From: Callorhinchus milii
Lineage: Eukaryota
Reading direction: 5' to 3'
DNA length: 60,000 bases
NCBI RefSeq assembly: GCF_018977255.1
Contig: NW_024704743.1
Location: 66,962,001 to 67,022,000 of the forward strand
Below are positions 38,438 to 49,880 of this stretch, in pieces (position 1 is the first letter of the stretch; the number at the start of each line of letters is the position of its first letter). The notes beneath the pieces are model-generated. The model worked only from the letters and a program-made list of their open reading frames with translations. It was not told the origin of the DNA and did no database searches. The position numbers and the translations under genes are program-made.

Positions 38438-39032
38438 GGTAACATAAGATGTACTGTTGTGGTATATTTACTTTTAGTGTACATTTTTGCTTTTTTCTCC
38501 TTAGTACAGGATTGTAGTGCATTATTCCATTATCTCAGCAATTGGAAATCTTGTTAGATAGTTGAGTGCAAAAATAATAATAATCCTTGCATTTGATATA
38601 GCGCTTTTCACGTTGGGAGGACGTCCCAAAGCGCTTCACAGAACACACTGTAGAGTGAATTGACTGTATATTTGTGGGTGAAAAGGCTCAGAACGATGCA
38701 GTAATAGCTCAAATTAAAATGAATATCAAGGTAACCCCATATTTACATCCCTACATGATGCACATTGCCTCAGGAAGAAAAACTATAAAAANTAATTTGT
38801 ATGCGAGATGCTATTAGAACACTACAGAATGATAACCATCTTCCTTTGTATACATCACTTCATTTAGTTTAGATGAACAGGAGAAATTCAAGTGAATTTT
38901 GTTTTACTTTGATTTTTCTTAATATTAGGCAAGCAATCCAAAATGTGCTTCACACCTCAACAGAAAAATAATTGCAGAATTAATTTGATTTCTGTAGATT
39001 TTATCAGCTAGCAAAAGTCCCACTTAAAATTG

Positions 39033-39423
39033 AAAACAAAAACAGAAGTCGCTGGGAACACTCTGGAGGTCAGGCAGCATCTATGGAGAAAGGAAAGTGA
39101 GTCAACGTTTCGGGTCCACATCCTTCTTCAGAACTGGGAAAGGTTGGGAGAAAGGCTTTTAAGGGCTAACAGAGAGGGGAGAGGCAGGGGCAGGGCAAGG
39201 AAGACGGGAGAAAATGGGGTAGAGGACAGGATGAAGGCTTAAAAAGAGATGTTGATGCAAAACAAAGGGAGGGGGGATTGCAACAAAACGGGAACGGAGA
39301 TGTTAATACTGCAGAACAAAGTGGGGGTGGGGGGAATTGCAACAAAACAGGCAGACCAGAGAGAGAAAAGGTGTATCTGGGAAATTTCAGATTTCTAGCA
39401 TCTGCAGTATTTTGCATTTTGTT
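39033..39423 (-). mobile_element. Penelope-like terminal-repeat relic with hammerhead-like motif, flanked by a 15-bp direct repeat
   Basis: tcccacttaaaattg occurs at 39018-39032 and 39424-39438. Minus strand reads CTGAAGA...GAAACGTT. Shares sequence with 54745-54960. Confidence 0.55.
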
Positions 39424-40269
39424 TCCCACTTAAAATTGGTGGTTAGGAACAATTCAATTTAAACTGTATAAAAGAAATTTTGGCCCCTGTTTTAAATGCC
39501 AAAGGCTTATGAGTAGCTGAAGCAAAGAGCATTTGTCTTGTCATCTTAGTGGGTTATAAGCAGGTTAAACCACACAGGCTTATCTTGTGACATGCTTTGG
39601 GTCATCGTCTTCCTGTTCACGTGATCATCAAGGATCCTGTAACTCTGTTTGGAAAGAGAAATGTTCTGGCCAATAATCCCCCAAATAAAATTGGTAATTT
39701 GATGCATGGCTGTTTGTGGGATATTAATGTTTGCAAATTGGGTGCTGTGTTCACCCATAAAACACAGTCACTGCACTTCACAGTATACTGCCCTCAAATA
39801 TACAGTCCATTCACTTTACAGTCTATTCTGTGAAGCGCTTTGAGACGTCTAGAAGATGTGAAAAGCGCTATATCAAATGCAAGGATTATTATATCAAGTG
39901 CAAAGGTTATTACTTTTTAATTAAAATCCTGACAGGAGGCCGGAACCCACAACCTTCTAGCTTGGGTAAGAGTGCAACCAACTGAGCCAGTCTGACACAA
40001 ATATTAACTGTGCTAAGGCCTGAATGTCCACCTGAAACCTCTAAAGCTATTTGACCTTAAAATATAAGGCCAAGAACTACCGAGGATTCTCACTGATTTC
40101 AGTGGCTCTTAAGGTCATGCGGTGGCCGTGGTCAGGTTCTGAGCTTTTAATATATAAATATAACAACTTAAATAATAATAACGTTTTAAGTAGTAACAAT
40201 TCCATCTGAATTCTTTATAATAAAGTTTCAATTGTGCATCAGTGTTTTTCACTTCTCATGAAGAAAGTA

Positions 40270-40625
40270 TGTGGAGTATTGTATTGGTTAGAGCACTTGC
40301 CTCACAAGCGAGAGGATCTGGATTCAATTCTCAGGCAGGGTAAAACATTAGGCGAGTTTCCTTACTCCACAAGCATCATTTACTCAGCAGTAAGTCAGAA
40401 CCTGGTCGTTAGTCGATTGGCGGAGCACTTTTCTGGGGATAATAATCCCTTCAAAAAAATTATTATAATTTGGTCACTCATTCCATGACTGTTTGTGGGA
40501 CACTGTTGTGTGCAATTGGATGCTGTGTTTCTCACAATTCACTTTGCAGTATATTCTGTGGAGTGCTTTGAGACATCTCGAAAACGTGATAAGACACTAT
40601 ATCAAATGCAAGGATTATTATTATG
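40270..40625 (+). mobile_element. Full-length tRNA-derived SINE
   Basis: Head, core and tail match the family. Confidence 0.88.
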
Positions 40626-41423
40626 ATGTGGGACATATTATCAGGACACCATTAAAATGAATTGGGGGTAATAATAATCTGATTTGATATAGTGCCTGTT
40701 TGCCCAAACTCCTAGATCAGGTATAGCACAGGATATAAACAAAGTAAGGATTCTTCAAAGTGACTTTAGTTCAATATCTCTTATCCTCAAGTAAAAATGA
40801 TAGTTTTAGGCTGATTTGTCTAAATTATTCCACAGGAGCTGGGTGGAGACTAGCCATAATAATTCTCCCATTCCCTCCCATAAGTATTTTAAGTATTTTA
40901 AAAGGCACCACTTGGGCATAAAACCATATATACACTTTAAAACTTTAAAATAGGCTCGGCCTCCCAAACCTGTTGCCATTGAGCTGACTCTGATATTGGT
41001 GATGTAATCTGATGACCAGGTGCCCACTCCTTTCCCTCCCCCACCACTATTTAGAATTTGGTTCTAGAGAAGATTCTCCTAACTAGATGGTTACTAGGAG
41101 CAAAGGCCTGGCAGCTTCCTACCAAGTTGTCTGAATCTAGAATTTGGAGTGGAACAAAAGCAACCTCCAAAGTGTCTCTCAATCTCATTGATTGCCTGCT
41201 TGATTCGAGGTTGGCAGCAGTGGAAGCATAACCCCAGAGAAATTAACCCAAGTTTACTGAACTTGAGAAGTATATAATGTAGAACCAAAGATGTCATATT
41301 GACTCTACCTGCAGCCTGAAGGCAAGCTGGAATTTCTGATTGTTTCCTTGATGTTGCCATTAGTTTAATTGCCAGGTTAACGTTTTAATATATGGGTAGG
41401 CTGTTGCTTACTGAAGTGTATCT

Positions 41424-43390
41424 AAATTCACAGATGATACAAAGCTTGGTGGGAAAGTAAGCTGTGAGGAGGACACAAGGAGGATGCAAAGGGATATAGA
41501 CAGGTTAGGTGAGTGGACAAGAAGGTGGCAGATGAAGAATAATGTGGGGAAGTGTGAAGTTATTCACCTAGGTAGACAAAATAGAAATGCAGATTATTTT
41601 CTAGAGGGGGAGAGACTAGGTAGTGTTAGTATTCAGAGGGATTTAGGTGTCCTTGTACACCAATCACAGAAAGTTAGTGTGCAGGTACAGCAAACAACTA
41701 GGAAGGCTAATAGCATGTTAGCGTTTATTGCAAAGGGGTTAGAGTACAAGAGTAGGGAAGTCTCACTGCAATTGTGTAGGGCTCCAGTGAGACCGCACCT
41801 GGAATATTGTGTGCAGTTTTGGTCTCCTTATCTAAGAAAGGACATACTCGCCTTAGAGGGGGTGCAGCATAGATCCATTAGGTTGGTTCCTGGGATGAGG
41901 GGGTTGACCTACGAGGAGAGGTTGAGTAAACTAGGCCTATATTCTCTAGAATATAGAAAAATTAGAGGTAATCTTTTTTCCCCTGGTTGGAGAATCTAAA
42001 ACTAGGGGTTATAGGCTCAAGATTAAGGGTCAGCACTTTAGAAATGAGTTGAGGAAACATTTCTTCTCTCAGAGGGTAGTGAATTTATGGAATTTTCTAC
42101 CCCAGAAGGCTGTGGATGCTCAGTCCTTGAACATATTCAAGACTGAGGTTGATGGATTTCTGAAGGATAGAGGGATTAAGGGATATGGGGATAGGGTGGG
42201 TAAATGGAATTAGGAATTAGGTTAGAATTAATTTAGAATTAAATTAAATACAGTAATAAAGTACAGTTTGGTTCTTTTAAAGACGTGCAAAAAAAACTTC
42301 CATATTTAAGAATTTTTCACAATTGTACACAAAATTAAGACTAGATGGAATTGCTCCAGCACATTTTTTAGCATCCTTTTTTAAAAATCTTACTGAAATA
42401 TCTGCATTGCCTCTCCCTCATTAGCTGCTGTACTTTTACATCAGGAAATGACTTGCATATATAAAAAGCATACCACATCATTATTCAAGAGATCTTTTCA
42501 TGTGATCCTTTTTTGCTTTCCAAAGAAGATGACTGGAATATATTGGCTCATTTTAGTTCATAATTACTGTTGAGTAACAATTTCATGTACACTACATTTT
42601 TCAGTTTATTTTAAGGAAGGCGTACACTGAAATACCACCTCTGAACTGAGAGCAGTTTTTCAAAACATTTGGGGGAGGTTCATCAGAAAAAGGCAATTGG
42701 AATTGGATGTAACAGCAATGATTCTCATCAATTTAAGAAAAGCTCTTGAACAAAAAATAATTGTATTTTGGAAACTTAATTTTTCCTATAATAAAAATAT
42801 ATATAATATAAATAAACAACATTTAAGGGACCTGGTATACACATTAGCTCTTCTAAAGCAAATGGAACATAATGTACTGTCTTCTTACAAACAAATAGTA
42901 TCCGGATAACATTTATGGGTTTAAATGTAAAAATTAACTGTCTTAGTATAGTAAGTCTATTTAATGATGCTCATTCTTTGAGAATTATTGTTCTCAAGCT
43001 ACTCAGTACTGGCGGAAAAAAGTTTTGAAAGTAGCCAAGGATTTCCCTGAATACACTTTTGCAATTGCTGATGAAGAAGATTATTCATCAGAGATGATTG
43101 ATCTGGGCCTGGCAGAGAGTGGTGAAGATGTGAATGCAGCAATCTTTGATGCTGGTGGCAAGAAATATGGAATGGAACCAGATGAATTTGACTCTGAAAC
43201 TCTGAGAGAGTTTGTAATTGCATTTAAAAAAGGTACGTCGAACATAATTGCAGTGGAATGAAAGGGTTGTACATCAAGGGCGGGTAAATGGAATTAGGTT
43301 AGAAGATTAGCCACGATCTTATTAAATGGCGGAGCAAGCTCAAGTGGCCGAATGGTCTACTCCTGCTCCTAGTTCTTGTGTTCTTATGTA
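41424..43390 (+). mobile_element. CR1 LINE 3' fragment (41424-42230, resuming 43278-43390) split by the PDIA4 segmental copy
   Basis: ORF LGVLVHQSQK...RPHLEYCVQFWSPYLRKDILALEGVQ, the CR1 RT C-terminus, followed by a CR1 3' UTR. Confidence 0.9.
42241..43277 (+). pseudogene. PDIA4: Duplicated PDIA4 fragment (distal intron 8 + exon 9 at 42999-43232 + start of intron 9)
   Basis: Near-identical to ~35738-36772, with about ten scattered differences; the splice sites are intact. Confidence 0.9.
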
Positions 43391-44430
43391 TCCGAGCGGG
43401 TTTCCATTATAAGTCAAAAGCAAGTGACTTTGTGGAATCATACATACAATTATGCAAGTTACCTACAATGAGGCCCCTAAAAAACACAGTCAGCTTACAC
43501 ACGTGTAGTCAAACAGTACTTGAGGCAAGAAATGGACTTGGACACCACTGCTGCTTCAAGTAGTCAGTGATTTAAATCTATCCCCCACTCGCCCACCCAC
43601 CCGAGCTGTGCTTAGACTTAACCAAACTATATCCTCCTCCTGATGGGGTGCTATTTACTTTGGATATCTCCCTGTTGTGAATGAAAGCTTTCCTTTGCAG
43701 ATGATTGTCCTTCCTAACTCTTCATTAGCCCCACAACATCCACGATCCACTTCCCTCTCTCCCCCACGTCCGCCATAAGGATTACACGAGGGGCTTTGCT
43801 CGGACTTTCTCTTTCTTGCGACGGCTAACGCTCCAAGGCCTCTACTCGCCGTGTAATCCTTGGCTTCGTTTTATTGGGTCAGCCACGAGTTTGGACACAT
43901 TGCCGAGCTGAAGAGTGTCCGAGGCAGACTGAGAAGTTCCGAACATGCCGCTCGCCCATGGAAATCCCGTGTTTGGAACGGAGTTCAGCCTAATGTTATC
44001 CCAGTTCAGTAGCGACTGGTTAAGTCGGTTCAGTCAGGCTTAAATCATGCCGACTTGAGGCCTGTGTCGCTTCGTAACTTTTAAGAGCTACCACCTTCAC
44101 CGAAACCTCTTGCCCAGTGTTTATGAAAGCGATGGCGCTTGTTGGTGCCGCGAGACCGATGCGCCATCAACCGCCCGACACACAAGTCGCCGCCATGGCA
44201 TCCGGTGACGGCTCCCAAGGCGCGTCGGGTATCGGACGCTCCCGACGGACCAACCCCCCGGCCCCCCGCGGCCCCCCGCGGCCCCCGCTGGGCGCGCACG
44301 GAGGCTCTCCCCTCTTCACCGACCGCGAGTGCTTCCGTCGTCAAACAGTTCGACCTTAAGTAAGGAACAAAAATGGAAACGATTCGCTCGTTACGCCCTG
44401 CGGGGAAGGAAAAGCGAGAAAGAAAGAAAG

Positions 44431-44542
44431 AAAAAAGGACCAGTCAAGTGAAGCAGTGAGAAGGGGGGAAGAGAGAACAAGGAAATCTGTAACTGACTCT
44501 GTAAGCAAATATCAACGATAACCCACTACCATCGGACCGGCC
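44431..44542 (-). ncRNA. RNY: Y RNA (Ro60-associated), 112 nt including U6 terminator
   Basis: Minus strand reads GGCCGGUCCGAUGGUAGUGGGUUAUC...CAGUUACAGAUUUCCUUGUUCUCUCUUCCCCCCUUCUCACUGCUUCACUUGACUGGUCCUUUUUU. The 5' and 3' ends pair with the bulged C of the Ro60 site; the upper stem has GUG/CAC; the loop is pyrimidine-rich. Synteny with PDIA4 and EZH2. Confidence 0.95.
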
Positions 44543-44566
44543 AGGAGACTCTGCTGCTCAGCGGCC

Positions 44567-44758
44567 TTATATACCCGCCCTCTCGACCACACAGCACGGT
44601 TACGGTGAGCAGCGGGTCGGCCCGTCCGCTTGATCTCACGCGTCAAGTCCACGGCGGAGCCGCCAAACGCCGTCGAGCGCCGACGCCGCGAACACTTCAC
44701 CGATTCGGAAAGGCGGTGAAACCGAGCAGCGGGCGCGGCCCGAGCTGCATGCTGGGAG
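44567..44758 (-). promoter_or_regulatory. Type-3 Pol III promoter of the Y RNA: TATA (44567-44573), PSE (44590-44609), SPH/Staf distal element (44739-44758)
   Basis: TATATAA at -25 to -31, CTCACCGTAACCGTGCTGTG at -48 to -67, CTCCCAGCATGCAGCTCGGG at about -200. This is canonical U6/7SK/Y-type spacing. Confidence 0.85.
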
Positions 44759-45429
44759 GCCGAGTTTTCCTTGCGAGCCATGTGGGCGGGTTTTTATTGG
44801 GGCGGCGGCGGCGGGCGGGGGGGGGGCGGCTTCCCGCCCAATAGGGCGGGTTTTGATGTTGTTTGTGACTGAGGAGATGCGGCTTTGGGCGGGTGCCTTG
44901 TTTTCAAAACTTTAGTTTAAATCTGCAAAACTTTTTTCTTACACAGTTTTCAAAAGCGCTGACCCGAATTAGCCACTCTGCTACCCATAGCAAGTACCAA
45001 GTAATATGGGGCTACTTTTGGGCCAATCTTTGGTGGACTTTGGGCTACAAACCTGTTTTAATTGCTGGAAACCATGAAAGGTGGGGTTCAGGGTGGGGGT
45101 GGGGGTGGGGTGGGGGTGGGGGGGAACTAAAGGGGACAAGTGAGCAGATTAATGCTGTATTTTATACAAAGATAAGGTCGGAACAAAAAGGGTGTTCTAT
45201 GTGGAGAGTTGGGCTTATCTGCCTTACATTGGTCATAACCTGGTCAACTCTCAGCCCTCTGCCCTTCAGTCCCTCCCTCCCTCCCCACGGAACATTTTAT
45301 GCAGCAGGTTTATGCACGCGTGTAACATGCACTTTTGTTTATTCTTCAAACATAAAAGTAAGCAGGAATCCGGTTGTTAGTCAATTGGCGGATCACTTTC
45401 CAGGGGTCGCTCAATCCACGACTGTTTGA

Positions 45430-48400
45430 GATCATCAACCATTCCTTGTTCACTGGCACTGTTCCCACCACTTAAAAGCAGCCATCATCACCCCCATCCT
45501 TAAGAAAACCTTCCTTGACACATCCTTGCTCCCCAACTACCACCCCATTGCCAACCACCCTTTCCTTTCCAAAGTCCAGGAACGAGTCGCTGTTTCTCAG
45601 CTTCGCTCCTTCCTCTCGCCACTCCCTTCACGAACCCCTCCGGTTGGGTTTCCATGCCGCCCACAGCACAGAAACAGCCTCAGTCAAAGTGACAAATGAC
45701 ATTCTGTCCATCTGTGACCAGGGCTCCCTCTGCCTCCTCGTCCTCCTTGACCTCTCTGCTGCCTTTCACACTATCGACAATTCCATCTTCCTCTGCTGCC
45801 TCTCCTCTCACCTCAACCTTCATGGTTCTGTCCTTGACTGGTTCAAATCCTACTTTTTGCACCATCTTCACTTTGTATCCACAAATGATTTCTCCTCCAG
45901 CCCCCGCATCATCATCATCATTCCTCAGGGCTCTGTCCTTGGTCCCTTCCTTTTCAATATCTATATGCTGCCTCTTGATGACATCATCTGCAGGCATGGG
46001 GTCAACTTCCACATGTACGTAGATGACACCCAACTCTATCTCTCTGCCTCAACCCTTGACTCCAGGATCACTGCTGTCCTGACAGAATGTCTGTAAGACA
46101 TCAAGTCCTGGATGAGAGTTTTCTACAGTTGAAAGTCAAAAAGACCGAGGCCCTCCTGATTGGTTCCCGTCAGTGCCTCCTCACCTCAGCCACTGACAGC
46201 AACACCACAATAACAACAAAATTACATTTATAGAGCGCCTTTTATGTCGGGAGGACGTCCCAAAGTCCTGAACAGTCAGGTGTCGTGGCCCGAACATGGG
46301 GGAGGGGTGGTGTAGGGGTGAGGGAAGGCAGAGAGGTGGGAGGGAGACCAAAGGCACGGTCGAAGAGAAGGGTCTCGAGACTGGCCTTGAAGGAGGCAAG
46401 GGAGGAAGCAAGGTGAAGGGTCCATGGAATGGAGTTCCAGAGTGTAGGGGCAGAGAGGCTGAAAGCCTGGCCACCAATGGTAGGGCGGGTCGGACGGGAG
46501 ACATGGAGCAGGTCAGAGCCCGCTGAACGGAGGGAGTGGGCAGGTTGGTAGGGAGTCAGCAGGTCAGAGAGGTAGGAGGGGGGAAGGCCATGGATGGCCT
46601 TAAAGGTCTTGAACTGGATCCTCTGGGGGATGGGGAGCCAATAGAGGTGGGAGTGATGGGGGTCGCAGAGCCTGGTGCGTGAAAGTACACAAGCTGCAGA
46701 GTTTTGGATGATCTGCAGCTTGTGAAGGGAAGAGTTGGGAAGGCCGATGAGGAGGGAGTTCCCGTAATCCAGCCTTGAGGTGACAAATGTGTGGGTGAGG
46801 GTTTCGGCAGCCTGAGGGGTGAGGCAGTGGAAGAGTCTGGCAATGTTGTAGAGGTGGTGGTAGGCAGTGCCGGTAATGGTGCAGATGTGGGGGAGAAAGG
46901 ACAGTTCAGGATCAAACAAGACACCCAGGTTCCTGACTGGCTTAGTGAGGTTGAGCGTGCAGCCATGGAGGCTGATGCTACCAACGCCTGAGGTGCGGAG
47001 GCGTTGGCACAAGCCAATCAGGAGGGCCTCGGTCTTGCTGACATTGAGTTGTAGAAAGTTGGCCCTCGTCCAGGACTTGATGTTGGACAGGCAGTTGGTC
47101 ATGACGCCAGTAGTCCAGGAGTCGAGGGTGGAGGCAGAGAGGTAGAGTTGGGTATCATCTGCACCCCAATTTACCCTATATCCGCGACTCACGTCACCAA
47201 GGGGGAGCATGTAGAGGGTGAAGAGGAGGGGACCGAGGACCAAGCCCTGAGGAACACTGCACGAGACAATGTGGGGGCTGGAGGAGAAGCCATATGCCTC
47301 GACGAAGTGGAGGCGGTGTAAAAGGTAGGACCTGAACAGGTCAAGGACAGAATCTTGAAGGTTGAGGTAGGAGGAGAGGCGGTGGAGGAGGATTGGGTGG
47401 TCCATGGTGTAAAAGGCAGCGGAGAGGTCGAGGAGGACAAGGAGGCAGAGGTAGCCCTGGTAACACATGTTCATGATGTCGTTTGTGACCTTGACCAGAG
47501 CAGTTTCTGTTCTGTGGGCAGCACAGAAACCCAATTAGAGGGGTTCATGGAGGCAGTGAGAGGAGAGGAAAGAGCGAAGCTGGGAGGCAATGGCTCTCTC
47601 AAGGACCTTGGATAGGAAAGGGAGATTTGAGATGGGCCGGTAGCTGGATAGGTGTGATGGGTCGAGGGAAGGTTTCTTCAAGGTGGGGGTGATAGTGTTT
47701 TGAGGGGGGAAGGAACAGTGCCAGATCCTAACCCTAACCATCCAAGGATGCACACTTCACCTTACTAAGCCAGTCTGGAACCTTGGCATCTTGTTTGACC
47801 CTCAACTGTGCTTTCTATCCCACATCTGTGTCATGACCCACTCTGCCTTCCCCCAACATCGCCCGGCTTCGCCACTGCCTCACCCCTCAGGCCACCAAGT
47901 CCCTCATCCATGCACTTGTTAAATCTAGTCTTGACTACGCCAATTCCCTGCTTGTCGGCCTTCCCAACTCTTCCCTCCACAAGCTGCTGATCTTTCAGAA
48001 CCCTGCAGCTCGTGTCCTTTCCCACATCAGGCTCTGTGACCCCATCACCCCCACTCTCACCCGGCTCCACTGGCATCCCCAGAGGTTAGAGTTTAAAATC
48101 CTCGTCTTCACCTTCAAAGCCCTCCACGGCCTTGCTCCTTCCTACCTCTGTGAACTGCTAACTCCATTTCGACCTATCCGCTCCGTCTATTCAGCAGGCT
48201 GTGGCCTGCTCCACGTCCCCCGCCTGGCCCACCCCACCCTCGACGGTCGGGCCTTCAGCCTCTCTGTCCCCACCCTCTGGAACTCTATCCCACAGACCCT
48301 CCCTTCCTTGCCTCCTCCAAGACCCTCCTCTTCGACCGTGCTCTCGGTCACCCTCCTACCCCTACCCTCCCTGCCCTCCACTCCTCCCGATCCTAATCTC

Positions 48401-48490
48401 CTGCTCGGGTCCCAATTCCTAATTGTTCAGCACCTTGGGATGTCCTTCCTACATGAAAGGCATTATACGAATGTAAGTTATTGTTGTTGT
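45430..48490 (+). mobile_element. L2 LINE (45430-46200 and 47725-48490) interrupted by an antisense L2
   Basis: RT motifs HSTETASVKVTNDI...LLDLSAAF...PQGSVLGP...YVDDTQLY; the sequence resumes after the insert. Confidence 0.88.
46205..47720 (-). mobile_element. L2 LINE 3' portion with a 430-aa RT-domain ORF (46242-47534)
   Basis: LLVLLDLSAAF, VPQGLVLGPLLF, ADDTQLY, RNLGVLFD, SRLDYGN motifs; (TTG)n tail. Confidence 0.92.
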
Positions 48491-48754
48491 TATTTGTGGG
48501 ACATTGCTCTACACAATTGGCTGCCATTTTTGTCCATAAACTATATAGTCAATTTACTTTACAGTATATTCCATGAAGCGCTTTGAGATGTCTTTACGAT
48601 GTGATAATGTATGAAATGCAAAGAGTATTATTAATGGTGCGAAATAAATGTAAGTTATCGTTTTTGTGAAAATACTAGAAGTACTTGTAATAAAAATCCA
48701 CTTTTCTTTCTTTATCATATCACTGAATGCTACAATGCAATTTATACTGCATGA

Positions 48755-49080
48755 CTGTCCATAAACTCAAACCCACCACCTGCCCCTCGATCCCATCCCC
48801 ACCTCTCTCCTCGTCTTCCAGCTCCACCTTCCGGCCCCCCCTCCTGTCTAATGTCATCAACCTCTCACTGTCCATCAGTTCAGTTCCCACCCCCCTAAAA
48901 ACGGCCGTCATCACCCCCATCCCGAAAAAACCTTCCCTGGATCCATCCCTCCTCTCCAGCTACCGCCCCATCTCTAACCTCCCATTCCTTTCCAAGGTCC
49001 TGCAACGAGTCGTTGCGTCCCAGCTCGGCTCCTTTCTCTCTTTCACCATTCCCTCTTTGAACCGTTCCAATCCGGCTTAA
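48755..49080 (+). mobile_element. L2 LINE internal fragment
   Basis: KTAVITPIPKKPSLDPSLLSSYRPISNLPFLSKVL motif. Confidence 0.85.
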
Positions 49081-49439
49081 GCAGCAGCTACTTACCTCTC
49101 TGAGAGCCGATCAAGGTGGATTCCAGATGCTGGATGTATGAAGGTGTTCATGACTGTGGGATGGCTTGAAGGATGATAGTGAGGTAGAAAGTCTTCATGG
49201 TGGGTTAAGAAAAGCTGCTTTTATTAACACAAATTGCTAGTGCATACAAGCCACATCAACCTGTAAAACCTGATTCTGGTGGATAACGAGAGTATCATAT
49301 TACACATTACCCAGCAAAAAGTAATCATCCTTCAGTTCCAACTGCTAAGTGTTACAATAAGCGGAATTACAATAAGCGGGATCTCCTTGGGGCTGAACTG
49401 GCTCCAAGGTGACATGCTTGGCAACAGAATATTGGAATT

Positions 49440-49880
49440 GAGCCAGCCCTCTGTGGTGGTCTCGGTAGTCCGGTTCCTGAGCCAGGCGGGTCTGCAGTAT
49501 TCCAGGGCACTGCTGATGACAGCACAGTCAGCCTGGCTCATCGGCAGGACCTGGAAGGGCAGACCAGTCAATGTGGGCAGGGAGGCCTCTCACTCAACTC
49601 TTGTTAACCCTGCAAGCCAAAGCAAATAGGGTGGTCCTAGCTGGACAAGCAGCAGGAAAGCTTACCACACAGCAATATCAATGACAAGCTATGCAGTTTT
49701 GCCAACCTGCGGCTAACACTTTCCGGAATTAGGTAAGCAGGGTGCATCCTCCAGGACAGGACCAAAAATCTATCTCTGGGTTTTCCATGTGTAGGTGGGA
49801 TGTATGGAATTCTCAGTTTGGTTTGGATACTCTCAAACATTTTGATACGTTCCGTATGTGTCAGACACCCAACTGACCCC
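49440..49880. repeat. Unclassified dispersed repeat, copy 2
   Basis: Collinear similarity to 15180-15680. Confidence 0.75.

Noticed and set aside
46242..47534. 430-aa ORF as a possible domesticated or active reverse transcriptase
   Set aside because: It is 5'-truncated, has no endonuclease domain, and the catalytic region is altered (NWGADD with a deletion). It is an ordinary L2 relic.
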